42,740 bases of DNA from Porphyromonadaceae bacterium (GTDB taxonomy: Bacteria > Bacteroidota > Bacteroidia > Bacteroidales > CAMTPD01). Location: contig DLYT01000021.1 of NCBI GenBank assembly GCA_003447595.1, forward strand, positions 27,016-69,755, given 5' to 3'. The position numbers and the translations under genes are program-made. The notes below the pieces were generated by a model. It was not told the origin of the DNA, made no database searches, and worked only from the letters and a program-made list of their open reading frames with translations. Below, one piece after another: positions 9,431 to 17,671 of this stretch; position 1 is the stretch's first letter, and each line of letters begins with the position of its first letter.

Positions 9431-11020
9431 TTAAACCATATCTTCTCCACCCTCTTCCACTTTCACTTTCAAAGTTTTATGAAACGGAATGAATGCTGCG
9501 ACAACACCTACAATCAAGCAAAGCAACAGAATATATCCAATAATTTCTTTGATCGAAAGCAGCGTTGCTTGCATATATACTGAACTATAAAGGCTTTTCA
9601 TTGCTATTGCTGTAGACTCTTCGAATGAATGTCCTTGACCAATTGCAGCGCTTAATTTCGCATTATATCGTTCCATTGCAATCGGATTTTGAGCAATGAG
9701 AGTCTCTCCCAACCTACTTACATATTTCTCTTGTAAGCGATAAAGCATATTGTTGTAAAAAGAAGCCGAAAAGGCAGGTGCCAAAGCCGAACGGAATGCA
9801 ACTAAGAAAAAGGCATTATATATCATCAATTTAGGATCCATTCCTTCTACTGCGTATACGCCGAATGCAATAAAGAGCACCATCATTCCCAAACCACGCA
9901 TAAACATAGGAAAGAATAAGTATTCATAGGTTCCGTTGGGCGCAACTCCCCAATAAATCATTGCTAAATAAACCGAAAAGCACATCATTCCGAAAAACAC
10001 AAGATAACGAAAACGAATGATCTGTAAACGGAAAAACCAGAAGCAAATCAAACCTCCGACCACAAACCCGGGGATCAACCAAAAATTCAAACTATTCGCA
10101 TGTAAATTGCCTGTTGCCAGAATCGAGTTTACATATTGTGACACCAAGGTACTGCTTCCGGCTACAAACATTACGAGCACCATAAACAAGTAGGCAACAA
10201 TTGCTTTGGAATAGGAAAACACATCGAGACGTAGATAAGGATTCTTTACGCCGACTTGACGCATTACCGTTAAATAAACGACAACTATAGCCACTACGAA
10301 CCCTACTAGAATTTGGTTCGAATCAAACCAGTCGTACAGTTTTCCGTATGTAACGACATAAATAAATAAAAGCAATGAACAAGCCACCCCCCAAAAGCTC
10401 AACCAGTCAATTTCTGCAAAAGGAAAACGCAATCCTATTTTACTATATCGAAAACAAATTAAAACTTGTGTAATGGATAACAATGCTAATACCACAACCA
10501 GATAATACATATACTGCCACTGAAAGTTATAAGCAACCCAAGCGGTCAAGACTAAAGCCATTTGACTGACACTAAATACCAATGGATAAAAATAGGAGTA
10601 AAACTCGCTACGCTCATTGGCCGGACTAAAAATAGGACGAAGCATCAATATCAACTCCATCATAACAAAAGCCTTAAGAAAACCGATTAAAAAGCTACAC
10701 ACAATAATAACTCCCATCAGTGAAGTATTGGCACAAGTAAGGCTCAATAGTATTTGTAAGAGTAAATCAAGCAGTAAGATTGTTTTGGTAGATATCAGCG
10801 ATCGCATTTTCGGCACCATCGGATAAGCTGCAGCCATTCCTACAGATGTAGCATAATATGCCATCGTAATATCCTCCTTCAAAACACCTAATGTACTTGA
10901 GATATCGATACTACTTCCCATATACGTACCATTAAATAGCATGGTTGTTATAGCAAGTGTAAAGATACAGAGCAAGCGCATCCATATAGGTACCCAACGT
11001 CGGAATAATATCGTATGCAT
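9431..11020 (-). CDS. MFS multidrug efflux transporter (DHA2/EmrB-like, about 14 TM)
   Basis: 529-aa polytopic membrane protein. It starts 12 nt downstream of the stop of the HlyD-family adaptor and is the last gene of the marR-hlyD-MFS operon. Confidence 0.75.
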   Translation of the reverse strand: MHTILFRRWVPIWMRLLCIFTLAITTMLFNGTYMGSSIDISSTLGVLKEDITMAYYATSVGMAAAYPMVPKMRSLISTKTILLLDLLLQILLSLTCANTSLMGVIIVCSFLIGFLKAFVMMELILMLRPIFSPANERSEFYSYFYPLVFSVSQMALVLTAWVAYNFQWQYMYYLVVVLALLSITQVLICFRYSKIGLRFPFAEIDWLSFWGVACSLLLFIYVVTYGKLYDWFDSNQILVGFVVAIVVVYLTVMRQVGVKNPYLRLDVFSYSKAIVAYLFMVLVMFVAGSSTLVSQYVNSILATGNLHANSLNFWLIPGFVVGGLICFWFFRLQIIRFRYLVFFGMMCFSVYLAMIYWGVAPNGTYEYLFFPMFMRGLGMMVLFIAFGVYAVEGMDPKLMIYNAFFLVAFRSALAPAFSASFYNNMLYRLQEKYVSRLGETLIAQNPIAMERYNAKLSAAIGQGHSFEESTAIAMKSLYSSVYMQATLLSIKEIIGYILLLCLIVGVVAAFIPFHKTLKVKVEEGGEDMV

Positions 11021-11032
11021 CTGTCTTATTTA

Positions 11033-12136
11033 TTATTTCTTGATCTTCGCTTCTACTTCCACCATCATACCTGCACGCAAAAGAGACATATCATCAACCG
11101 ATGCGTCTACGAAGTCAATACGAACCGGTATGCGTTGCTGTACTTTTACAAAATTTCCTGCCGAATTATCGACCGGCAATAGCGAATACTTTGAGCCTGT
11201 AGCCTCTGATATTGCGACTACTTTCCCCTGAAACTTTCTATTCTTTATCGCATCTACTCTGATAATCACATCTTGCCCAATATAAATATTAGCAATCTGA
11301 CTTTCTTTGAAATTTGCAGTTATCCATTTATTCTCACTCCCGATTATACTACTCACAGTCTGCCCCGCTTGCATCAATTGTCCCATCTCTAATGTGCGAC
11401 GTCCGGTATAACCATCTTGCGGAGCAGTCACAACGGTATAAGATAGATTTAATAACGCTAAATCAACCTCTGCTTGTCGTTGAGCAATAGCAGCATCAGC
11501 AGATAAAAGCTTTTTCTTCGCCTCATTTGCCAAGGCGATTGCAGCCTCTTTGTGCATCATTAAAGCCTCTATTTTTGCTTCAGTGGCTTTATAATCAGAA
11601 GATACTTGTTCGTATTCTTGTTTCGAAACAGCATTACGGCTATATAAATTTTCATATCTACGAGCCTTTTCTTTGATACTAGTCAAGTAAGATTCATTCT
11701 CTAATATGGTAGCATTGGCTGCTGCAATATTACTTTGTGCCGAATATACACCTGCCTTCAACGCTTCTGATGATGCTATTGCCTGACTCAACGCAGACTC
11801 CGCCTCAACAAGCTTTAGCTCATATTCGATCGGATCCAGCATAATCAAGGTATCACCTTTACTCACCTTCGTATGCTCTGTAAACTTAATGACCTTGATA
11901 TATCCAGGTACACGCACATTTACAGGTGTAATATACTGATCAACGAATGAGTCATTTGTAATTTCATATTCATAGAAAAGCCAGAAATAGTATCCACCCC
12001 AAACAATTCCACCTAATGCAATAGAAATACAGATTGTATTTAAAATGATATTGCGAATGAGTCGCTTCCGAAGCTTCAATGATTTTAATAGATGTCCGTG
12101 TGAAGACGCTGCATGTTCTTTTGATACTAATTTCAT
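11033..12136 (-). CDS. HlyD-family secretion/efflux adaptor (EmrA-like)
   Basis: N-terminal TM anchor, long Ala/Glu-rich coiled-coil centre (AIASSEALKAGVYSAQSNIAAANA...), and a beta-barrel C-terminus ending ...RAGMMVEVEAKIKK. Confidence 0.85.
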   Translation of the reverse strand: MKLVSKEHAASSHGHLLKSLKLRKRLIRNIILNTICISIALGGIVWGGYYFWLFYEYEITNDSFVDQYITPVNVRVPGYIKVIKFTEHTKVSKGDTLIMLDPIEYELKLVEAESALSQAIASSEALKAGVYSAQSNIAAANATILENESYLTSIKEKARRYENLYSRNAVSKQEYEQVSSDYKATEAKIEALMMHKEAAIALANEAKKKLLSADAAIAQRQAEVDLALLNLSYTVVTAPQDGYTGRRTLEMGQLMQAGQTVSSIIGSENKWITANFKESQIANIYIGQDVIIRVDAIKNRKFQGKVVAISEATGSKYSLLPVDNSAGNFVKVQQRIPVRIDFVDASVDDMSLLRAGMMVEVEAKIKK

Positions 12137-12150
12137 AAGACTTTTATGAT

Positions 12151-12612
12151 TTATTTTATGATCAATCTTTCTTTTGATATTTCTAAGATTGCTGTTTCAA
12201 GCGTATGTAAATATTCAATACACTTTTTCACTTCCTCAGGCTGTATTTTCGTAGTAAGGTCGTCTAAAACACCATCAACAAATGGGATGTATTTATCTTT
12301 CAGATCTAGGCCTTTCGAAGTCAGTCTTATTTGTTTATTCCGTCGATCATTCGGATCTGCAACACGTTTGACTAAGTCTCTTTTCTCTAAATTCGTAAGC
12401 AAATAACTCAGACTTGACTTGTCTTTAAAGATCCGGTTTGCCAGTTCTTGTTGGTTTATACCATCCTCTCTCCATAAAAACATCAAAACATGGAGCATCT
12501 CAAATGTAATATCCTCATCTATAGCTCCCATATTTTGCTGAATAAGAAATCGAAATGATGTATTTGCTTTGATAAGCAGTTGTATCAAGATGCGCATTCT
12601 TTCTCTATCCAT
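12151..12612 (-). CDS. MarR-family transcriptional regulator
   Basis: 153 aa. Winged-helix core INQQELANRIFKDKSSLSYLLTNLEKRDLVKRVADPNDRRNKQIRLTSKG. First gene of the efflux operon. Confidence 0.85.
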   Translation of the reverse strand: MDRERMRILIQLLIKANTSFRFLIQQNMGAIDEDITFEMLHVLMFLWREDGINQQELANRIFKDKSSLSYLLTNLEKRDLVKRVADPNDRRNKQIRLTSKGLDLKDKYIPFVDGVLDDLTTKIQPEEVKKCIEYLHTLETAILEISKERLIIK

Positions 12613-12635
12613 ATACTTTTTCTTTCAAAACATTG

Positions 12636-12643
12636 CAAAAGTA
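12636..12643 (-). promoter_or_regulatory. Bacteroides-type -7 box (TAnnTTTG) for the marR-hlyD-MFS operon
   Basis: The reverse complement reads TActTTTG, 24-31 nt upstream of the ATG at 12612. Confidence 0.5.
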
Positions 12644-12645
12644 AA

Positions 12646-12665
12646 ATAGTTGAATATTCTACTAT
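12646..12665. promoter_or_regulatory. putative MarR operator (20-bp near-perfect palindrome)
   Basis: ATAGTtGAATATTCtACTAT has 18 of 20 positions self-complementary. It lies directly upstream of a CAAAagTA (-7 box, minus strand) at 12636-12643 and 34 nt from the marR ATG. A second arm ATTCAACTATT at 12684-12694 is inverted relative to 12645-12655. Confidence 0.55.
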
Positions 12666-12818
12666 AGCCAAGAATAGTAAAAGATTCAACTATTAATCTT
12701 TTTTACAGAAGAGCCTTAAATATTCAAAACAAATATGTCGTGCACAATTTATATCGACTTATAACCATGACTACATAAATTCAACTTTCGAAGATGATGA
12801 CGAATCAATCTATTTATC

Positions 12819-12826
12819 TATATTTG
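12819..12826 (+). promoter_or_regulatory. -7 box TAtaTTTG upstream of the DUF4491-like gene
   Basis: Exact match, 33 nt before the ATG at 12859. Confidence 0.45.
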
Positions 12827-12858
12827 CTATAATTGTTTAATAAAAAACACAAGTCAAA

Positions 12859-13167
12859 ATGGATCTAATAATTAACTGGAACGGAATAATACTAGGTGTT
12901 GTCGCATTTACAATCATAGGGTTATTCCACCCACTCGTTATTAAAGCGGAATATTATTTCGGAAAAAATGCTAGTTGTACGGGCTTCTTTGTCGTAGGTC
13001 TCATCTCGACCATCTGCTCTTTATTGGTACAAAACACCATTTTATCAGCATCGTTAGGAGTATTAGGCTTCTCTTGCTTTTGGAGTATCAAAGAAGTAAT
13101 CGAACAGGTACAACGCGTAAAAGAGGGACGCTATCCTAAAAACCCAAAAAGAAACTACGATGAATAA
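12859..13167 (+). CDS. small integral membrane protein (DUF4491-like)
   Basis: 102 aa with about three hydrophobic helices. The DUF4491 assignment is from memory of Bacteroides homologues, not from a search. Confidence 0.55.
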   Translation: MDLIINWNGIILGVVAFTIIGLFHPLVIKAEYYFGKNASCTGFFVVGLISTICSLLVQNTILSASLGVLGFSCFWSIKEVIEQVQRVKEGRYPKNPKRNYDE

Positions 13168-13286
13168 ATCACGAATCTCAAAAAAATAATAAAATACGGT
13201 CAGATACAGACCGCTTTACCACACACTTTTGTTCTATAATTAGATTGAAATACTAGATTGAAAAACTTTCCTTAAAACTACACATT

Positions 13287-13838
13287 ATGGTTATGATCGT
13301 TATTTTAGTCGTTATCGTACTCATCGTTTTGTATGCGATATCGATGTACAACAGTCTTGTTAGAATGCGCAATACCGTTGATAAAGAATGGAAAAACATT
13401 GACGTACAACTCGAACGACGCTATGCACTGATCCCCAATCTTGTAGAAACAGTCAAGGGATATGCAAAACACGAACAAGATACGCTAACACAAATCGCTC
13501 AATTACGTTCGGCCGCAATGAGTGCCACAAATGTTGCCGAAAAAGCACAATTTGACAATCAACTTACAGCTGCTTTGGCCGGGCTTCGAGTTAGCTTGGA
13601 AGCTTATCCCGACCTTAAAGCCAATCAAAACTTCTTACAACTTCAGGAAGAACTTACTTCTACTGAAAATAAGATTTCTTTTTCACGTCACCTGTACAAT
13701 GATGTTGTTACAACCTACAATACAAAAATACAAGTGTTTCCATCCAACATCATGGCAAACATGTTTGGATTCAAAGAAAAAGACTTGTTCGAAGTATCTA
13801 CTCCAGAGGCACGCACGGCTCCTAAAGTTTCTTTTTAA
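13287..13838 (+). CDS. LemA family protein
   Basis: N-terminal TM helix, then the LemA signature YNSLVRMRNTVDKEWKNIDVQLERRYALIPNLVETVKGYAKHE. Confidence 0.9.
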   Translation: MVMIVILVVIVLIVLYAISMYNSLVRMRNTVDKEWKNIDVQLERRYALIPNLVETVKGYAKHEQDTLTQIAQLRSAAMSATNVAEKAQFDNQLTAALAGLRVSLEAYPDLKANQNFLQLQEELTSTENKISFSRHLYNDVVTTYNTKIQVFPSNIMANMFGFKEKDLFEVSTPEARTAPKVSF

Positions 13839-13876
13839 GCAACCTAGTTCTTCATTCGTTATCAAAATAATTTGTT

Positions 13877-14893
13877 ATGTATGAATTGATATGGGCTAAT
13901 AAACGAAAATCATGGATCTTGTTCTTTGCAATGGGTATCATACTCACTGGCTTGGGAATGGGGTTGGGATATATGCTCTCTCCAAACAATCTACACGGAG
14001 GAATAATGAATGGCTTCTTTATAGCGATGGCTATATGGGGAGTCCTTAGTTTATTTTCGTTCTCTTCAGGCTCATCAGTTCTACTAAACTCAAGTGGAGC
14101 ACATGAAATAACCAAAGAGGATGATCCCACACTTTACAATGTTGTCGAAGAAGTTGCTACGGCTGCCGGCACTCCAATGCCTCGCATATATATCATTGAC
14201 ACGGAAGCTCTCAATGCTTTTGCCACGGGAACGAAACCTGAAAATAGTATTATTGCTGTAACAGCAGGACTACGGGAAAAACTAAACCGAAACGAATTGC
14301 AGGCCGTTATTGCACACGAAACAGGACACATCTATAACCGCGATATCCTCTATCTTACTTTTGCAGGCATTATGCTTGGTGCTATTGTGATATTAAGTGA
14401 AGTGGTGCTACGTGCTTCATTTTTCTCTGCAATAAGCGGAAGAAGCAGTGATAATGACAAGAAAGATTCAGGTGCAGGAGCAATAATTCAACTATTAGTA
14501 ATATTATTAGCTATATTTGCACCAATCTTGACTCAGATATTTTACTTTTCATTATCTAGAAAACGAGAATATCTGGCCGATGCAACTGCCGTAAACTTTA
14601 CCCGAGACCCAAACAGCTTGGCCGACGCGCTTGAAAAAATAGCACAGTCAGCTACGCCAATGCCTCAGGCAAATAAAATTACAGCTCCGATGTATATCGC
14701 AACACCGCATTTAAAAGCAGGAGACAGTGACGAGTTATATGCTACGCACCCCCCTATTCAAAAGCGTATTGCCATACTTAGAGCTTTGGCACAAGGAACA
14801 GACTATAAAACATATCAACGAGTATACAATGAAGTTGTAGGTAAAGGCAACCTTTTCCCACAAAGTGTACTCCAGAACGATGAAAAACAATAA
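13877..14893 (+). CDS. M48-family zinc metalloprotease (HtpX-like)
   Basis: HETGH zinc motif, downstream REYLADATAV third-ligand region, THPPIQKRI C-terminal motif, and TM helices at the N-terminus and mid-protein. Confidence 0.85.
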   Translation: MYELIWANKRKSWILFFAMGIILTGLGMGLGYMLSPNNLHGGIMNGFFIAMAIWGVLSLFSFSSGSSVLLNSSGAHEITKEDDPTLYNVVEEVATAAGTPMPRIYIIDTEALNAFATGTKPENSIIAVTAGLREKLNRNELQAVIAHETGHIYNRDILYLTFAGIMLGAIVILSEVVLRASFFSAISGRSSDNDKKDSGAGAIIQLLVILLAIFAPILTQIFYFSLSRKREYLADATAVNFTRDPNSLADALEKIAQSATPMPQANKITAPMYIATPHLKAGDSDELYATHPPIQKRIAILRALAQGTDYKTYQRVYNEVVGKGNLFPQSVLQNDEKQ

Positions 14894-14910
14894 TCAAAAA
14901 AAGAAATAAT

Positions 14911-15351
14911 ATGCACAATTGGTTTGAATGTAAAGTCTCATATGAGAAAATGCTGGAATCCGGCATGCAAAAAAAAGTAACGGAACCTTACTTGGTAGAT
15001 GCACTTTCGTTTACAGAAGCAGAAGCTCGTATCATCGAAGAAATTAAGCCATTTATCACAGGCGAGTTTACAATCACAGACATTAAGCGTGCTCGTATCA
15101 ACGAACTATTTTTCAATGAAAACGGAGATCGCTTTTATAAGATCAAAGTATATTTCATTACGCTTGATGAAAAAAGTGGAGCTGAAAAGAAAACAGCAGT
15201 ACAAATGCTTGCACAAGCATCTGACATAAAAGAAGCTATTTCTGTATTAGAAAATGGAATGAAAGGCACACTGTCTGATTATTCAATCGCATCAGTTGCC
15301 GAAACACAAATCATGGACGTATTCCCATTCTCTGCAGAAGAAAAGAAATAA
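14911..15351 (+). CDS. conserved hypothetical protein (DUF4494-like)
   Basis: 146-aa soluble protein. The N-terminus MHNWFECKVSYEKM...KKVTEPYLVDALSFTEAEARI resembles the Bacteroidetes DUF4494 family as I recall it. Confidence 0.6.
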   Translation: MHNWFECKVSYEKMLESGMQKKVTEPYLVDALSFTEAEARIIEEIKPFITGEFTITDIKRARINELFFNENGDRFYKIKVYFITLDEKSGAEKKTAVQMLAQASDIKEAISVLENGMKGTLSDYSIASVAETQIMDVFPFSAEEKK

Positions 15352-15357
15352 TTTGTT

Positions 15358-16026
15358 ATGAGTATTAGTGCAAATCTAGCAGATCTTAGAAAAAAGATAC
15401 CACAACCGGTCACATTGGTTGCAGTATCAAAGTTTCATCCGGCAGAAGCCATTCAAGAAGCTTATAATGCCGGGCAACGTATATTTGGCGAAAGTAAAGT
15501 ACAGGAACTAACTTCAAAGATCACGCATTTGCCGGAAGATATCCAATGGCATTTTATAGGACACCTTCAGACAAATAAAGTTAAATACATTGCTCCCTTT
15601 ATCGACACCATACATAGTGTAGATAGTCTTAAGCTTTTAGTCGAAATAGATAAGCAAGCTGCAAAACAAAATCGGGTTATCAATGTTTTACTCCAAATGT
15701 ACATTGCTTCGGAAGAAACAAAGTTTGGACTCAGCAAAGAAGAGTGTTTTACTCTTTTGCAAAGTCAAGCGTACAAAAGCTGCACCAATATCAAGGTACG
15801 CGGTCTTATGGGAATGGCCTCTTTTACAGAAAATGAATCACAGGTTCACAAGGAATTTGCCGAGTTAAAAGCAATATTCCAAGAAGTGAAAGAGTTGTTC
15901 TTTACAAACGATACTTCATTCGATACATTATCAATGGGTATGAGTGACGACTTCGATATCGCCATTGAAGAAGGAAGTACAATGGTTCGTGTAGGAAGCA
16001 AAATATTTGGTCAGCGCCAATACTAG
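15358..16026 (+). CDS. yggS: YggS-family pyridoxal-phosphate homeostasis protein
   Basis: LVAVSKF PLP-lysine motif, HFIGHLQTNKV, and the C-terminal LSMGMSDDF...GSTMVRVGSKIFG signature. Confidence 0.9.
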   Translation: MSISANLADLRKKIPQPVTLVAVSKFHPAEAIQEAYNAGQRIFGESKVQELTSKITHLPEDIQWHFIGHLQTNKVKYIAPFIDTIHSVDSLKLLVEIDKQAAKQNRVINVLLQMYIASEETKFGLSKEECFTLLQSQAYKSCTNIKVRGLMGMASFTENESQVHKEFAELKAIFQEVKELFFTNDTSFDTLSMGMSDDFDIAIEEGSTMVRVGSKIFGQRQY

Positions 16027-16040
16027 TGAATTTTTGGTCT

Positions 16041-16080
16041 AACTATTCGCAAATAGATAAAATTTGAATAGTTTTGTTTA
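16041..16080 (+). terminator. weak AT-rich hairpin after yggS
   Basis: aactattc-N17-gaatagtt followed by ttgttta. Confidence 0.3.
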
Positions 16081-16104
16081 TTGACTCGTATAAATAAATA
16101 TACT

Positions 16105-17082
16105 ATGATAGATATTTCAACTCAATACGCCGGTCTGTCGTTGCGCAATCCGATTATCGTTGGTAGCTCTGGTCTTACCAACAAGCCGGAAAAATGCAAA
16201 GAATTTGAAAAAGCCGGGGCGGCAGCTATTGTTCTAAAATCATTATTTGAAGAACAAATCGAAATGCAATCTGACGTTCTAAAAGAAAGCTCAGATTATC
16301 CTGAAGCATACGATTATATCAATAGTTATGTAAAAGCAAATCAGGTTAACGACTACATCAACCTGATCAAAGAAACAAAAGCGCTTTGTACAATTCCAAT
16401 TATTGCAAGCATCAACTGCTACAAAGCAGATGCATGGATCGACTTTGCTCGTCAGATCGAACTTGCGGGAGCCGATGCGCTTGAATTAAATATCTTTGCA
16501 TTTGAGACTGATCTTCAGCACGACCACAATCGATTGGAGATGAACTACATCAACATCTTGCGCAAAGTAAAAGAGACCATCAATATCCCTATTATTGTGA
16601 AGCTTGGCAAAAGCTTTAGCAACATTCCGGCTATTGTAAATACATTGAAGATCAATGGTGCTGCAGCTGTTGTTTTATTCAACCGCTTCTATCAGCCAGA
16701 CATCGATATCAATACACTACAAGTTGTATCAGGTAACGTATTTAGTAGTCACTCTGATCTTAGCGACACACTTAGATGGACAGCCATCACATCTGGACGT
16801 ATTCCAAACTATTCAATCGCATCATCAACAGGTGTACATGACTGGGAAGATGTAATTAAGTGTTTGCTAGCAGGTGCATCCGGTGTACAACTTTGTAGTG
16901 CACTTTATACGCATGGCAGCGAAATCATCTCACAAATACTTCGTTGTATCGAAGAGTGGATGCACACCATGCATTATAAAAAACTAGACGAATTCAAAGG
17001 CAAACTAAACTTTGCCCATATTGAAAATCCTTCAATGTATGAGCGTTCGCAATTTATGAAATACTTCTCAAACAGAGATTAA
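16105..17082 (+). CDS. dihydroorotate-dehydrogenase-like TIM-barrel flavoprotein (non-canonical)
   Basis: N-terminus LSLRNPIIVGSSGL and C-terminus STGVHDWEDVIKCLLAGASGVQLCSALY fit the class-1 DHOD/DPD fold. I chose the ATG at 16105 because the track start at 16081 is a TTG. Confidence 0.75.
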   Translation: MIDISTQYAGLSLRNPIIVGSSGLTNKPEKCKEFEKAGAAAIVLKSLFEEQIEMQSDVLKESSDYPEAYDYINSYVKANQVNDYINLIKETKALCTIPIIASINCYKADAWIDFARQIELAGADALELNIFAFETDLQHDHNRLEMNYINILRKVKETINIPIIVKLGKSFSNIPAIVNTLKINGAAAVVLFNRFYQPDIDINTLQVVSGNVFSSHSDLSDTLRWTAITSGRIPNYSIASSTGVHDWEDVIKCLLAGASGVQLCSALYTHGSEIISQILRCIEEWMHTMHYKKLDEFKGKLNFAHIENPSMYERSQFMKYFSNRD

Positions 17083-17118
17083 TCCCTCTGTTTTACAAAG
17101 CATTTATAACTCTAAAAA

Positions 17119-17158
17119 ACTTCCGAAACATGCTTAGGCAAGTCTCGGAAGTTTTTTT
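17119..17158 (+). terminator. intrinsic terminator after the DHOD-like gene
   Basis: acttccga-N18-tcggaagt followed by a run of seven T. Confidence 0.7.
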
Positions 17159-17163
17159 AACTA

Positions 17164-17186
17164 TATATTTTCCACTAGAAACTATA
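17164..17186. promoter_or_regulatory. putative operator 1 of the Cys-rich MarR (dyad TATAtTTTC-CACTA-GAAACTATA)
   Basis: 9-nt arms with one mismatch around a CACTA spacer, lying just upstream of the TAtcTTTG box at 17205-17212. Confidence 0.5.
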
Positions 17187-17204
17187 TTCAAACGAAACTT
17201 TATC

Positions 17205-17212
17205 TATCTTTG
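17205..17212 (+). promoter_or_regulatory. -7 box TAtcTTTG for the Cys-rich marR
   Basis: Exact TAnnTTTG match, ending 29 nt before the ATG at 17241. Confidence 0.5.
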
Positions 17213-17240
17213 CAGCATAACTCAAACATGCGCTAAAACT

Positions 17241-17603
17241 ATGGAATGTATATGCAATGTAAAAGACATCTTTAAAACCCTATATCAGTTTGAGAAGGAT
17301 TTTGCAGATGCTCATAACATCACCATTAATGAAGCCATGCTGTTATGTTGTCTCAAAGACAGCGATTGTAAAACAGCAGGCACGCTTTGTGAATACATCG
17401 GACTATCTAATTCTCGAGTTTCCAAAGTAATCACTTCGGTCGAGAACAAAGGTTATATCGATCGATCGCTATGCAAAGAAGACAAACGACAAATGCTCTT
17501 CTCTCTTACCGATAAAGGAAAAGAGAAAGTAGATCAAATGATGTCGGCACAACTCAACTTTGATAAGCTACTTCAAGATTTAAGAACACTAATCCCTGAA
17601 TAA
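17241..17603 (+). CDS. MarR-family transcriptional regulator, cysteine-rich
   Basis: 120 aa from the ATG at 17241, which lies about 29 nt downstream of a TAtcTTTG box. Winged-helix core GTLCEYIGLSNSRVSKVITSVENKGYIDRSL..DKRQMLFSLTDKG. Seven Cys residues. Confidence 0.75.
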   Translation: MECICNVKDIFKTLYQFEKDFADAHNITINEAMLLCCLKDSDCKTAGTLCEYIGLSNSRVSKVITSVENKGYIDRSLCKEDKRQMLFSLTDKGKEKVDQMMSAQLNFDKLLQDLRTLIPE

Positions 17604-17616
17604 GGGATTTCTTTTT
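17591..17616 (+). terminator. small hairpin spanning the marR stop codon (possible partial terminator)
   Basis: aatccct-gaata-agggatt followed by tcttttt. It sits between the marR and the CoADR fusion gene. Confidence 0.35.
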
Positions 17617-17622
17617 AACTAA

Positions 17623-17643
17623 ATAGTTTCCACTAACAAATAT
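17623..17643. promoter_or_regulatory. putative operator 2 (ATAGTTTC-CACTA-acaaatat) in front of the CoADR fusion gene
   Basis: Shares the 13-nt string TTTCCACTA plus flanks with operator 1. The left arm is perfect and the right arm is degenerate. It lies 29-49 nt upstream of the ATG at 17672. Confidence 0.4.
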
Positions 17644-17671
17644 ATCTACGCAACAAAATATACTTACAACT

